DNA of 64,000 nucleotides from Candidatus Poseidoniales archaeon (GCA_003602605.1 QQRW01000018.1:286-64285); one strand, 5' to 3'; counted from the first letter of the stretch, positions 38,423 to 49,800 are shown. Numbers and translations: made by a program. Notes: generated by a model not told the origin, from the letters alone.

Positions 38423-39619
38423 TTAGACAAGTGAATCGTTGCAAGCGTATCGCCGAGAACAATTCCTACACTTGCCGGGGCGATCGTGATTACGCGCTGC
38501 ACCACCTTCGACCATGAGCCTCTGAATTTCAAATACGGCATCGAAGAGTTCGTTTTTTGCACTTTCAGTCCAAGGTATCTGGTGCAGGTTTTCACTTCCA
38601 TACCTTAACACGCCATAGGGGGAACTTTTGTTTGTACTTTTTTCGACTAAATGCAGGTATGCAAGGAGCTGCATTCGGTGGCTTGGGTGTGGATTTTTTG
38701 GCACCTTACCCGTTTTCTGCTCGACCGGAATAAACTCGCCATCCACGATGACAATTTGGTCGGGTCTGCCTCGCAGTCCCAGTTTTTCATCGCTGAGAAG
38801 GTTTGAGTCGACATCGTTATCGGAATAGGCTATTTCATCATCCTTTTCCAAGTCAATATCCTTCTTCATCGATTGAAGTTCGTTATCAGATAGCAGTACG
38901 CGCTGGAGTTGCCACGATGCTGCTAAAGTCCAAGTCATTGCGGTAATGAAGAGGATAAAAGTGGCTTGTTCACGGTTATCTGCAGCTGCTAAGGCAATTG
39001 CGTGAAGACCTAAAACGATCGAGCCGAACAGTAAACTTGCCTCAACTCTGCCTGCCTCAAACCAGCCTCCAATGAATCCTTTCGGCTCCCAGAATTGATT
39101 CAAATCATCGCGCTCTTCCAAGAACTTTGTTTTCTGTCGAGGTAGCGTTTCATTGAGTCCAATCCAAGAGCGCCATGGGACCGAAATTGCGATCAGTCCG
39201 GCAATCAATGTCGTTACGCTCCACAAAGCGAGATACCTCGCCATGTAGAGTGGCGTGACTACGTCATCGATGTAATTGAACGCTACAGCGTCAATCGATA
39301 ATGCAATGATGACGGAGAACCACCAAGTCCAGATGGTGACGGAACGACGCATTTGAGTTTGAACCTCTTTGAAATCTTTCATTTTGGAGTGAATTTCTGC
39401 GTGTCTTTTGATTCCGGCGGTGATGGCTTCACCTTGCCCAGAATTTCCTTCCCGGGACAGCGACCATGAAAGCGGGCAATACTCGTGGCGTTCTAAATCG
39501 CTGGCGCTTACTGGTAAAGCAACTCCCTGAGAGTCACGCCAAACACCGTCTTCGGATTGAGTTGCACTCAGTCCACCGATTAGTCCAGTGCTCTCTGTCA
39601 TTTGCAACCCCCCTCCCAT
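38423..39619 (-). CDS. Cas4/DUF83-like PD-(D/E)xK Fe-S nuclease interrupted by a 4-TM membrane insertion
   Basis: N-terminal 'HEYCPLSW' (Cas4 N-terminal Cys helix). Four hydrophobic helices (residues about 95-240). Then 'IVIVDGEFIPVEQKTGK' (D..ExK), 'QLLAY' (QhxxY) and C-terminal 'C-x2-C-x5-C' (CRNCSRRYAC). This is the canonical Cas4 motif order. Confidence 0.55.
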   Translation of the reverse strand: MGGGLQMTESTGLIGGLSATQSEDGVWRDSQGVALPVSASDLERHEYCPLSWSLSREGNSGQGEAITAGIKRHAEIHSKMKDFKEVQTQMRRSVTIWTWWFSVIIALSIDAVAFNYIDDVVTPLYMARYLALWSVTTLIAGLIAISVPWRSWIGLNETLPRQKTKFLEERDDLNQFWEPKGFIGGWFEAGRVEASLLFGSIVLGLHAIALAAADNREQATFILFITAMTWTLAASWQLQRVLLSDNELQSMKKDIDLEKDDEIAYSDNDVDSNLLSDEKLGLRGRPDQIVIVDGEFIPVEQKTGKVPKNPHPSHRMQLLAYLHLVEKSTNKSSPYGVLRYGSENLHQIPWTESAKNELFDAVFEIQRLMVEGGAARNHDRPGKCRNCSRRYACNDSLV

Positions 39620-39753
39620 TGAACACCTTCGCTTTACCTCTTGAGTTCTTCCTAGGTAATCCCGCCCAAATTACCCAATGGTTCGTCTGTATTTCGTTCC
39701 GATACTCTACGAACCGCTTTAATATGGAGTCCAAGTCGGACGACTGCTGAGGA

Positions 39754-40368
39754 ATGACCATGTCCGAAGAATCGAACTTACTCTTGCCCTTCGAATCGTA
39801 TGAAGAGAACGCAGTCAACATTGGTACTCAACAGAAGAGTGCTGACATGGCTCGATTCATCGAACGTGTTCGTGAAGACGGATTGTACCTCCTTGATGTT
39901 AATATGACCGACTCTCGTATTCGCTCCATCGCACAATTCCTCAACAAGTACGATGCAGGAAGAATCATGGTCGTTTCTGCTCGTCAATACGGCCAACGCC
40001 CTGCTCGTCTTTTCTCAGAAGCAATTGGGGCTAACGCTGCAGTAGGTCGTTTCATTCCTGGTTCCCTTACCAACCCAGTTCTTCGTTCATATGTTGAGCC
40101 GGATGTCCTGTTCGTCACTGACCCAGCTGCAGACCAACAAGCACTTCGAGAAGCAGTCAACTCCGGATTGCCAATTGTCGGCATTGTTGATGCGAACAAC
40201 AACCTCCGAAACGTCGATGTTGCTCTACCAGCAAACAACAAGGGACGCCGTTCTCTTGCACTTGTTTACTGGCTCTTGGCTCGTGAAGTCCTCAAGGTAC
40301 GTGGTGAAACAACCGACGAAGATTGGGCAGCTTCCCAAGATTTGGAAGACTGGCAATCCACCTTCTGA
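39754..40368 (+). CDS. rps2: 30S ribosomal protein uS2
   Basis: Archaeal S2 motifs ('YLLDVNMTDSRIRSIAQFL', 'RIMVVSARQY', 'LPIVGIVDANNNLRNVDVALPANNKGRRSLALVYWLLAREV'). Confidence 0.85.
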   Translation: MTMSEESNLLLPFESYEENAVNIGTQQKSADMARFIERVREDGLYLLDVNMTDSRIRSIAQFLNKYDAGRIMVVSARQYGQRPARLFSEAIGANAAVGRFIPGSLTNPVLRSYVEPDVLFVTDPAADQQALREAVNSGLPIVGIVDANNNLRNVDVALPANNKGRRSLALVYWLLAREVLKVRGETTDEDWAASQDLEDWQSTF

Positions 40369-40398
40369 GACGTTTTAACCCTGCTTCGCTGCAGAACA

Positions 40399-41427
40399 TC
40401 ACTCGTTGGCTGCTAAATATGTCGATATTGCATCAGCGAACGCTTCAGGCGTAGGAGCACCGTGCATCAAGTTTCGAATCTTCTTCGCACCGGGTAGTCC
40501 CTTGGTGAATGCGACAGCATGTCGCTGCATCCAACGAGGCTGTAAGCCAACGCTTTGATGAGAATAATCGATGTATTTGTCCCAACACCATTTACGGGTG
40601 GCAAAAGCCTGTCCGATCGCTGAGCGTTCGTACCATTCATCACCAAGGTCTTGAATCCATGGTAAATCCTCTTCTTTCATCCAACCAAGTCCCACTTTAA
40701 TGTCTCCAAAAATCGACGGTCGGCCTATTGCACCTCTTCCAATCATCAGCCCGGCAGCGTGCGTAGTCTCAAGGCATAATTTTGCGCTCTTGGCGTCAAC
40801 TACATCCCCGTTGGCAATGACTGGAACTTCAACAGCCTCAACAATGCGCTTGATTTCGTTCCAATCTGCCTCGCCAGAATATCGCTGACGCAGGGTTCGG
40901 CCGTGAACACACAATCGTGAAGTGCCGATGTCCTCAAGTTCTTTGCAAATCTCAAATGCATTGTTTGCACCCTGTCCAGTGCCAAGCCGCATCTTTGCAG
41001 TCACTGGAATATCCACACGTTGTATTATTCCATCAACCATGGAGACCAGATTTTCTGGTTCTCCCATCAGTGCTGCACCCGCACATATCTTGGTAACTTT
41101 AGGAGCAGGGCAACCAAAGTTGAGATCGATAATGTCAGCGCTTGATTCAAGCATTTCTGCGGCAGTTGCCATGTCTCCTGCATCTCCTCCAAATATTTGA
41201 GGAATGAAAGGAACTTCCTTTTCGTGCGATTCCATTTTTCTCCATGACATAGCAGCCTCACGCGATAAGGCAGTGCTGTTGGTGAATTCTGTAATCGTGA
41301 CATCAGCGCCACATTCTTTGGCAAGTAATCGGAACGGAAGGTCAGATACTCCAGCCATCGGAGCGAGAAAGAGAAGACGGGATTCACCCTCCCATGTGCC
41401 AGGTTTAGCACCGATGTGTTCACTCAT
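40399..41427 (-). CDS. dus: tRNA-dihydrouridine synthase
   Basis: TIM-barrel Dus motifs: 'LAPMAGVSDLPFR', 'IDLNFGCPAPKVTK' (catalytic Cys), 'VTAKMRLG', 'LCVHGRT'. Confidence 0.8.
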   Translation of the reverse strand: MSEHIGAKPGTWEGESRLLFLAPMAGVSDLPFRLLAKECGADVTITEFTNSTALSREAAMSWRKMESHEKEVPFIPQIFGGDAGDMATAAEMLESSADIIDLNFGCPAPKVTKICAGAALMGEPENLVSMVDGIIQRVDIPVTAKMRLGTGQGANNAFEICKELEDIGTSRLCVHGRTLRQRYSGEADWNEIKRIVEAVEVPVIANGDVVDAKSAKLCLETTHAAGLMIGRGAIGRPSIFGDIKVGLGWMKEEDLPWIQDLGDEWYERSAIGQAFATRKWCWDKYIDYSHQSVGLQPRWMQRHAVAFTKGLPGAKKIRNLMHGAPTPEAFADAISTYLAANE

Positions 41428-41445
41428 ATTCTCACGACCTCTGCT

Positions 41446-42573
41446 TCACTCGACAGGTTCGTCTTTAGGACTCATTTCCTTTTCATACAATAGAGCAACT
41501 CTTCGCATACGGCGAAGAATTTTATCAATTCGTGTGGAGATTTCCCTGTGCACTTCATCGGATGAGAACCCTGACATTTGGTGTCCGAGTGGCAGTCTTC
41601 CTCCGAGCAAATTGAGCAACAACATTTGTTCCTCAGGGGAGTGTCCTTTCATGTTCTTTTCCACATCTTCGACTTTCAATTTTCCCGCCTTCAATTGTGA
41701 GAGGAGTGCGGATTGTTGTTTTGTCTTCAAAATGCGCTGAAACCCACCTTTCTTCAACATCCAGTCTTCACCGCGCCGTTGGTGCTGCGCCGTCATTGCG
41801 GTCCATAAGGCGATGTTCAATCGGTCGATTCGTGGCACTCTTTGTACCATACCAGTGGTACGAAACCGTTCCAGTATTCGACCCAAACGAGGTTTCTGTT
41901 CATCCAGTAATTCTCCGGCTTCATCCAATGAAAGAGGTATGTCTCTACTCAGCAACAATTCAAACAGTTGAACCGATATTGACTCGGCATGGGCTTCTTT
42001 TCCTGGCCGCTCTCCAAGTAGGCCAAAATCTCCCATCCATTGCGAGAGGGTGTTTTCTTGGCTATCGGAAAACAGTGGTCGGTGATCGACAATACCGATG
42101 GTGAGGGGAGGTGTCTCAGATGGCGTGGTTTTGACTGCAGAAGGCAGTTCTTTTCGATTCCAATGTGCATCGAGAAGTGCCATTCGTTGTTTCACAATGG
42201 TCTCGCATTGAAGCGTGAAAAATTCAACAGCGTTGGGCAGTGAGCCCCCTCGCAGAAAATAGCGTCGCCACCCTTTGCCTTCATTCGAAAAACCGATGAT
42301 ACCTGCCTCAACAAGTCGGGTAAGATGGTGATTGAGCGAAGCGGGAGTCAACGCTAATTCATCAGCGAGCATTTTGGCATCCCAACTGACGTCCGGTTGT
42401 GCAAACAAGTATTCCTTTAGCAGGCGATGTACCGGTCCGGCCCTGCCAAAATCCGCAGTTGCTTCTCCTCGTTTTCGTACAAGGCAAAGCGTCTCGATAA
42501 ACCACCCTACAAGATTGTCCAAATCTCGCTCGCTTGCAGGCAGCGAAACTTCCGATAATCGGACGCTAAACAT
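41446..42573 (-). CDS. winged-HTH transcriptional regulator (ArsR/TrmB-like N-terminal HTH plus large C-terminal domain)
   Basis: 'MLADELALTPASLNHHLTRLVEAGII' HTH; rest unassigned. Confidence 0.45.
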   Translation of the reverse strand: MFSVRLSEVSLPASERDLDNLVGWFIETLCLVRKRGEATADFGRAGPVHRLLKEYLFAQPDVSWDAKMLADELALTPASLNHHLTRLVEAGIIGFSNEGKGWRRYFLRGGSLPNAVEFFTLQCETIVKQRMALLDAHWNRKELPSAVKTTPSETPPLTIGIVDHRPLFSDSQENTLSQWMGDFGLLGERPGKEAHAESISVQLFELLLSRDIPLSLDEAGELLDEQKPRLGRILERFRTTGMVQRVPRIDRLNIALWTAMTAQHQRRGEDWMLKKGGFQRILKTKQQSALLSQLKAGKLKVEDVEKNMKGHSPEEQMLLLNLLGGRLPLGHQMSGFSSDEVHREISTRIDKILRRMRRVALLYEKEMSPKDEPVE

Positions 42574-42652
42574 GATACTCAGCCTTCGTTTCTGTCGAAG
42601 GTCTTTGAAGCCTGTGGATTATTTGCCGCTCAAGCGGCGAAAAATAGAACGG

Positions 42653-43315
42653 TTATCGTCGCTCGTCGTTCCAATCGTAATCCACGCCTTTCGAACCATG
42701 CCATTCGATTTCCATATCGATGTGTGGCATCATTTCGATTCGATCTTCACGCAGAATCCCTCTTCTTCGTAAGACCTTGACAGCAGAGTGGACGGTTGCA
42801 CGAGAGCGACCAATCCTGCGAGCTAGAGCGGCTTGAGAGCGAGGAACGCCTTCTTTTTGGATGTCTTCGATAATGAGTTTCTGAACTAGAGATAGGCCAA
42901 TTGGGAGTGCTGAAGCTGCGCGTTCTTCCGTAACTGCAATTCCGCGAAGGATTTCGACTTGACTTGGAGCTCCAGCGAAGTAGCATGTTCTGCCGTTTAC
43001 TGGAAGAACGGTGACGCTTCTCCGGGTTTGTAATACGTCCAAATGATGACGAAGCGTTCCATTCGCTGCATTAAGCGTTGATTGGAGTTCTCGATAACAC
43101 AGACCGGGATGTTGCTCCAACGTGGACAAAATTCTTTGCCGTAATGGATGTTCGTAGGCTCGAGATTTGCTTGAGACACTGCCGACAGCAAAGGCTCCAA
43201 CAGCGGTAGCAGCGGCCGCTACACCACTCGCAATTCCAGCTACGCCCCCGGCGGCACCCACCAGGCCTGCAGACAACCAAGGTCGTTGTCGTACCCATTG
43301 TGCAAGCAGAGGCAT
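42653..43315 (-). CDS. transcriptional regulator with two winged-HTH modules and N-terminal TM segment
   Basis: 'LRQRILSTLEQHPGLCYRELQSTLNAANGTLRHHLDVL' and 'RSQAALARRIGRSRATVHSAVKVLRRRGIL' HTH-like segments; N-terminal hydrophobic Gly/Ala-rich stretch. Confidence 0.45.
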   Translation of the reverse strand: MPLLAQWVRQRPWLSAGLVGAAGGVAGIASGVAAAATAVGAFAVGSVSSKSRAYEHPLRQRILSTLEQHPGLCYRELQSTLNAANGTLRHHLDVLQTRRSVTVLPVNGRTCYFAGAPSQVEILRGIAVTEERAASALPIGLSLVQKLIIEDIQKEGVPRSQAALARRIGRSRATVHSAVKVLRRRGILREDRIEMMPHIDMEIEWHGSKGVDYDWNDERR

Positions 43316-43371
43316 GCATCGAACTCGAAGTTCTCCTTTCTTAATCCATCCCTCTCATGTTTGAGAGTTGA

Positions 43372-43836
43372 TCATTCGTCTTGGGCTATGACCGTTCCCA
43401 GATGAATCTTCAGGTGGGCGACAAGAGGAGAGAGAAGGCGGCCACAGGTTCGACCGTGTTCGGTAAGAAGATAGGACACTCGAATTGGTGGCCCTTCAGT
43501 GACCTGCCGGTGTACGAGTCCTTCCTCAGCGAGATAGCGCAGTTTATCGGAAAGTGTCCGGGAAGATATCCCTTCAAGGAGGTTTTTCATTTGATTGAAT
43601 CGACGCGGTCCAGCAATGTACAACGCCGAGAGTATTTCGATGGTCCATCGAGAGCCGAAGACGCTCAAAGCTTCTCCAGCCCTACACACCTCATTGTGCA
43701 AATCGTTGGTTGGGTTCAATTCCTTTTGGGATTCGAGAATACCTCGAATATCTCCACCGAGTGAGATGGCGTTTTCGATTGAACTTCGAACATCGTTGTA
43801 ATCTTCACGTGAAACTCGAAGCGGGGGTATTGTCAT
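43372..43836 (-). CDS. HxlR-family transcriptional regulator
   Basis: 'CRAGEALSVFGSRWTIEILSALYIAGPRRFNQMKNLLEGISSRTLSDKLRYLAEEGLV' is a good match to the HxlR wHTH consensus. Confidence 0.65.
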   Translation of the reverse strand: MTIPPLRVSREDYNDVRSSIENAISLGGDIRGILESQKELNPTNDLHNEVCRAGEALSVFGSRWTIEILSALYIAGPRRFNQMKNLLEGISSRTLSDKLRYLAEEGLVHRQVTEGPPIRVSYLLTEHGRTCGRLLSPLVAHLKIHLGTVIAQDE

Positions 43837-43966
43837 ATTCTCATCTCAAACAGCGCTAACTGTTCGACTACTTAATTCCATTTTAACACTGAATTATGAA
43901 ATGAAATGAGAAAACTACCGGAGTTTGAGTCTCACCTTTGAAGAAGTCTCGCTGCGTGGGTCAATC

Positions 43967-45136
43967 ATGCCCAAACAGGTGTTGCTCGTCCGAGGCGGCG
44001 CCCTCTCAAGCAATACGGGTATCGGCGGGGCTCATCACAACCTTGCAACTTCACTTGCCGAAGGAGAGATTTCCGGATGGTCTACTTCCCAAGTTTGCGA
44101 GTACCCTTTGCGCCGTCGCATGAACCCGCTTTCACGTCTCTACAAGCGATGGTTTTCTCATCCTCGAAAAGTTGAGAAAAAGACACGAGGAGAGCATGGA
44201 CTTACTCTTCTTCATATCACAGATCAAGAACAAGCCCACCTCATTCCAGAAAATTGCTCTCTGCCTGTTGTTGTTACCGTTCACGATCTATTCCATCTGT
44301 GTCCTCAACAAATTCAAATTGGTGACGAAATAATCGATGTTGGCGAACAGAAACCGGGCTGGTTTCGTCGCAAAGATTTGCAAAAATTACGAGATGGACT
44401 TTCGCGTGCGGACCTCCTCGTTTGTGATTCACAAGCAACTCTGTCTGCATGCAAACAACATTTCCCTGAGATAAAATCGGTTTGCGTACCGCTCGGACTT
44501 CGTATTCAATCGTTCACTCCAGTTGCTCAAGATTCAGTCGATGTACTTACTCCCGCTCGCGACTTTACGAAGAAATGCCATTTGCTCATCGTTGGAAGTC
44601 ACGCCCCTCGAAAGCGCCTTGAATTCCTGTGCAAGGTTCTCGGTGAATTGGAAGAGGAAGTCAAAAACAGCATTCAGATTCATCATGTTGGGAATGAGAA
44701 ATGCCCATTTGGAGGCCCATCTGCATCTGCACATGCTCGCGCTCACAAGGTTCTCAATTGGACATCCCATGGTGGTGATGTTTCCAGTGAAGCATTGATG
44801 CATATGCGGTTCGCCAGTGAAGCATTGCTTTTCCCGAGTGCAAGTGAAGGATTTGGCTACCCTCCGCTTGAGGCGATGGCGAGTGGCACTCCTGTACTGT
44901 GTTCAAATCTCCCTTCACACAATGAACTGATGCCTGATGACACATGCCTAAGAGCTGATGACAAAGAAGCATGGAAAGAAGCCATTCTTTCTGTCCATTC
45001 AAATTGGAAGAATCGTACCAAAAACGACACTGAACATTCCTGGCCAAAACCTCGTTCAGGCTTAATCGAGTTTGCTACACGTTTCGATCAAAGCAGATTT
45101 TGCGCACGAATGGCTGAAGTATACGATTCCTTGTGA
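43967..45136 (+). CDS. GT4-family glycosyltransferase
   Basis: C-terminal 'FPSASEGFGYPPLEAMASGTPVLCSNLPS' (EX7E-like GT4 motif); N-terminal 'GGAHHNLATSL'. Confidence 0.7.
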   Translation: MPKQVLLVRGGALSSNTGIGGAHHNLATSLAEGEISGWSTSQVCEYPLRRRMNPLSRLYKRWFSHPRKVEKKTRGEHGLTLLHITDQEQAHLIPENCSLPVVVTVHDLFHLCPQQIQIGDEIIDVGEQKPGWFRRKDLQKLRDGLSRADLLVCDSQATLSACKQHFPEIKSVCVPLGLRIQSFTPVAQDSVDVLTPARDFTKKCHLLIVGSHAPRKRLEFLCKVLGELEEEVKNSIQIHHVGNEKCPFGGPSASAHARAHKVLNWTSHGGDVSSEALMHMRFASEALLFPSASEGFGYPPLEAMASGTPVLCSNLPSHNELMPDDTCLRADDKEAWKEAILSVHSNWKNRTKNDTEHSWPKPRSGLIEFATRFDQSRFCARMAEVYDSL

Positions 45137-45239
45137 ACAGTACGCTTGTTCGGAAAGCACAGTCGAACATTCAGCAGTCCGTATGCCGTTCCATGCCTAC
45201 TTTGAGAGTCGGCACCTTTGCTCTGGAACTGAAATTGGT

Positions 45240-45773
45240 TTAGATTTGGAAGAGAAGGATGAGCAACATCGAGACCGCAAACACTGCATTCGCGGTTCGG
45301 AATCTGTTCCAACGGTTCCACGGCGATTCAAATTCCGTACGTGATGCTGAGGCACTGGAATCATCGAGTGCATCAATATCCAATGCTTGCAACGAATCAT
45401 TGAGAGGAATGTTGAATCGAAATGTTGGTAATTGGACACCCAATAAATACAGAGCAGATGCGATCCAGAGAAGATAGACTTGTATTCCAGTCAAATTCAT
45501 TGTTCCCAGTACTAGTGTCGCAAGAACTGTGAGAATTGAACCGGCCCAGACCAGAATGAACAGAGGTTGATTGTTCTGTATGATTTCATCCATGTGTTTG
45601 AAAGCTAGAAGGAATTTTTTGTCTGTGAGTTTAGCAATACCTGGCATTACGACTATCGCAAATCCAAACAAGAGCCCTGCCACTAACGAGCACAATAAAA
45701 TCGACAACATGAGTGCCACATGTAGAGGGGTTAAGTCCATCTTAGGACCTCCTTGCACGTAACAGTTTTTCAC
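45240..45773 (-). CDS. small 4-TM membrane protein (DUF1772-like)
   Basis: 177 aa, four hydrophobic helices; weak resemblance to DUF1772/anthrone-oxygenase-like family. Hydrophobicity is the only firm evidence. Confidence 0.35.
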   Translation of the reverse strand: MKNCYVQGGPKMDLTPLHVALMLSILLCSLVAGLLFGFAIVVMPGIAKLTDKKFLLAFKHMDEIIQNNQPLFILVWAGSILTVLATLVLGTMNLTGIQVYLLWIASALYLLGVQLPTFRFNIPLNDSLQALDIDALDDSSASASRTEFESPWNRWNRFRTANAVFAVSMLLILLFQI

Positions 45774-45925
45774 TGTGCATGACTACCGCCATGTGGCCGA
45801 GTAAACAATTCTTTCTGATGCAGGTTTACACGGAATCAAAAATAAACTTCGACCGAGTGATCTTCTTCTATCTAACAGGTTGGCAGTCGGTAGCGTTCAA
45901 TACGGCCCATAGAAAGCGACTCCTC

Positions 45926-46591
45926 TCATCGGTGTTCGTAGACCATTGAGACGAAACGGTTTGCTTTATTTTTATCACTAAAGGAAATTGTTTGTTCATC
46001 GTTCACAGGAATATTGTATTTGTAGTGGCTCTGTCTTTCATCATAGTACTGAAATTCCTCAGTAATAGGAAGGTTTTTTTTGCGAATGAATTGGAGATTA
46101 GTCGGATGCCATCCACTGCGAAATTCCTGCATGGTGATGAACACCTCTTCCACTGGATCGTAATATTTTCTAATTCCGCCATCCCTCCAGAAGAATAATT
46201 TGTGGCTCCTTATGAAATTTGAAACGATGTGGATCGTGGCAAACAAAACAAGTGGTATTCCCGCAAAGAAAATGCTCCCCGCCACGAGTCCCCAATTTAA
46301 TTCACCTTCGTAGATGCTGAACGTGATTAAACGGTCATCTGGAATCTCTCCGTCGTTTGATTGGATGTAAGCCAATTTTTCTTCATAGCAACCCTCGGAC
46401 TTTAGCACCAAACTCCAGTGGTGTTCTGAATATTCAACATCGCCGGAGTGTGGCGGACCGACTTCAAAATCACTTCCGCAAGATGGACACTCAAAGGATA
46501 AACCCTGGGCGGTATCCATGTCGAGTTGTTCATCGCAATTTGGACACTGCACGAGCATTGAAGGCCCCTGAAGTGAGTGGTTTATATTCAA
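45926..46591 (-). CDS. N-terminal zinc-ribbon protein with single TM
   Basis: 'CPNCDEQLDMDTAQGLSFECPSCGSDFEV' (C-x2-C-x15-C-x2-C) followed by TM (GLVAGSIFFAGIPLVLFATIHIV). Contains A8 homopolymer in CDS (46074-46081). Confidence 0.45.
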   Translation of the reverse strand: MNINHSLQGPSMLVQCPNCDEQLDMDTAQGLSFECPSCGSDFEVGPPHSGDVEYSEHHWSLVLKSEGCYEEKLAYIQSNDGEIPDDRLITFSIYEGELNWGLVAGSIFFAGIPLVLFATIHIVSNFIRSHKLFFWRDGGIRKYYDPVEEVFITMQEFRSGWHPTNLQFIRKKNLPITEEFQYYDERQSHYKYNIPVNDEQTISFSDKNKANRFVSMVYEHR

Positions 46592-46861
46592 ATCGCCGAC
46601 GTTTTTTTTTCTGTGCAGGGGGACCCATCCTTGAGGTGCCTATTGGATGGGTGTTGGATGGGTTACAATTTTTCAATGCCTCTTCATGGAATGAATATGG
46701 ATGGTAAACAGTTTTTTTCAATCTCACAACGACTTTCCAACCTTGCTGGCCAAGTCCATTTAATTTAGATTGAAAATCGGAATCAACTATCGATAGCAGT
46801 GAGGCTTTCAGCCTTGCCCGTCGGGTCAACCTTCTTATGGGACGAGGTGTGGGAAGTCGCC

Positions 46862-49800
46862 ATGAAGGTACAGACCCTCCTACTGACTTTGATGCTGTTG
46901 CTCTCCGGATGCCTCGGCATGGCCGATGAAGACATTGAAATCGACAAGAACGATATGTTCCCAGATGATGATGCAGCGTACTACGATACCGATGGTGATG
47001 GATTACCAGACCAACTTGATGGTGAATCAACGTCCACACCCCCGCTCGTCGCAGACACGGACGACGATAACGATGGTTTCCTAGACACGATGGAAACCAC
47101 TTGTGGCACAGATCCACTCAACGCAACCTCCTTCCCGGAGGATCTTGATGGGGACTTCGAATGTGACGAGTACGATTTTGATATTGATGGTGACACCGTA
47201 ATCAACGACGCTGATGCCTTCCCTCGAGATGCCAGCGCATCTACCGACACTGACGGCGATGGCATGCCTGACACACTCACCGGGGAATCTACCCTCATTG
47301 AAGATCTCGACGACGATAACGATGGCTGGTCAGACCTCGATGAAACAGCGTGTGGTAGCAACTCATTGGTTGCAAGCCTCATGCCAGTTGATGCAAACGG
47401 AGACGGCATCTGTGATGCAGTTTCGACTGACGACGATGCTGACACCTACTCCGATGACGAAGAGACACAGTGTGGATCAGACCCACTCGATGCAGCAAGC
47501 ATTCCTGCTGACCTTGACAACGACACAATTTGTGACGCATTGGACGATGACATGGACGGCGACGGCACACCCAATGCCCAAGACATGTACCCACGTGACC
47601 CAAGCAAGCACGAAGACGTCCCAGGTTGCACCGACACCGCCTCATTCAACTTTGATGCCGATGCAAACCTCGATGATGGAACGTGCGTTGACGCAGAAGA
47701 TGTCTTCGGCATGATGCTGAATTTCGTGGAGAACGAAACATGGCACAGTTTCGATTCCTCTAGCGAGGACTTTGACGGTGATGGAGCTGTTGATTTCATC
47801 ATGAGTATGCTCATGATTTCCGCACCGGCACAAGATTCAGTGCTCATGAATCAAGTGATTTCTAATCCTGATGGTGAAGAGATGCTCAACATCACCTACC
47901 TATACTCGAGTGGAACGATTCAACTGGACCAATATGTTGTTGTGGAAGAAGATGAGGACAGTGGCGAACAACTCACCATGAACGATCAAGTCCTCATCCA
48001 CCACCAATACATGGCTAATCCTTTCATAGAGGCTCCAGAATGGATGCATTGCGAGCAACTTCCTGACAACACATGGCTTTGTTCCGATTCGGATTATTTT
48101 ACTGAAGGCAACCCCGACAGCGCCACAGAAACGCTCCACCAGTACACATGCGCCGATGGAACAACCATCATGAGCAGCGAGGTCAATGACGGAACTGAAG
48201 ACTGCGCTGATGGTTCTGACGAACCACAATTCACAGAAACCTACTCTTACACCTGCTTGAGCGGCGAAACAATCGGCCTCATGCACGTTAACGACGGAGA
48301 CGAAGACTGTGCTGATGGGTCAGACGAGGCCAAAATATTCCAATGCGCTGATGGTTCCTATGTGTACTTTGCAGTAGCAAACAACGGTGGCGCTGACTGC
48401 AACGATGATTCGGACGAACCTGCATATAATGTTACTGAACTCTCAACCTATGATTGCGCGGACGGCAGTCAAATTTACCTCTCACAGGTCAACGACGGCG
48501 TTGAAGATTGCCTGGATGCAGATGATGAACCCACTTACGAAGATACTGAACAGACTTACTTTGATTGTGACGACGGAATCTCATACATTTACCTCTCACA
48601 AGTCAACGATGGTACCGAAGACTGTGCAGATGGTGAAGACGAAGCAACCTTTGACGAAGATGGTGAAGAAACATCTACCTTCGAATGTGAATACACTGGA
48701 GATATCATACCATTGTCATATGTCAACGATGGTGAGGAAGATTGCTATTACGGTGACGACGAGCCATTTGTTGGGGAAGAAGAGACTTCCGTCTTCGATT
48801 GCGCTGATGGTTCAGATACCATTGATCTCTCAGAAGTCAATGACGAATACCAAGACTGTGAGGACGGTTCAGACGAACCAGTCTATGATATGACAGAGAC
48901 CTCGATGTTCGACTGTGAGGATGGCAGTCAAATCTTCTTCTCACTCGCAAATGATGGTGTTGAAGATTGTGCAAACGGTGAGGATGAACCGTCTGAAGAA
49001 TACGTTGAATACACAAGCTTTGATTGCGCTAATGGTGACACTATTCCATTATCCCTCGTCAACGATGGTACTGAAGACTGCCAAAGCGGCGATGATGAAC
49101 CATCCTACGATCCAATCACAGGTTCAGAACTCACCACTTATCAATGTCCATATTCGGGAGAGTCAATCGCTCTTTCCTTGGTGAACGATGGAAGTTATGA
49201 TTGTGGAGACTATGAAGATGAACCTTATGGTGATATTGAGGAGACCTCTTTCTTCACTTGCGACAATGGCGACGAAATCGTGATGAGCTGGCTCAACGAT
49301 AATTACAATGACTGCGAAGGTGGTGAAGACGAAGCACAGTTCGACATGGGAGAAGAAATCAGTGTCTTTACGTGCGCTGACGGATCTGAAGTGTCATTCT
49401 CATTGGTGAACGATAACAACAACGACTGCGCTGACGGTGAAGATGAATACTACACCTACGAGTGTGCAGATGGTAGCGACACTATTCCGCTTCTCGCAGT
49501 TAACTTTGGATACTATTTCTGTCAGGATGATTCCGATGAATCCGATGCTGAAGAATCGAGCGAATTCACTTGCTTTGATGGAGAAACTATTCCGCTGAGT
49601 TACTACTCTGATGGTGAAGCAGACTGCTCAGATCGCTCTGATGAGATCTCTTTCGACGACGATTATACCGATTGTGTTTGGGACGCTGAGGCTGGATTCT
49701 GGGTCTGTGCCGAGACAATGCCTGAAGGCACTTGGTCAGGTGAAATGCAAGAGGATGGCGGCATGATTGTCACCATCACCGAAATCGACCCCGATTCTTT

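Noticed and set aside
38423-39619. Possible CRISPR-Cas locus because of the Cas4-like protein
   Set aside because: No repeat-spacer array or other cas genes anywhere in the 64 kb. Treated as a solo Cas4-family nuclease.
45780-45925. Intergenic stretch inspected for a tRNA or other small-RNA gene
   Set aside because: No acceptor or T-arm consensus (GTTC-type T-loop with a matching 7-bp acceptor stem) could be found. Left unannotated.
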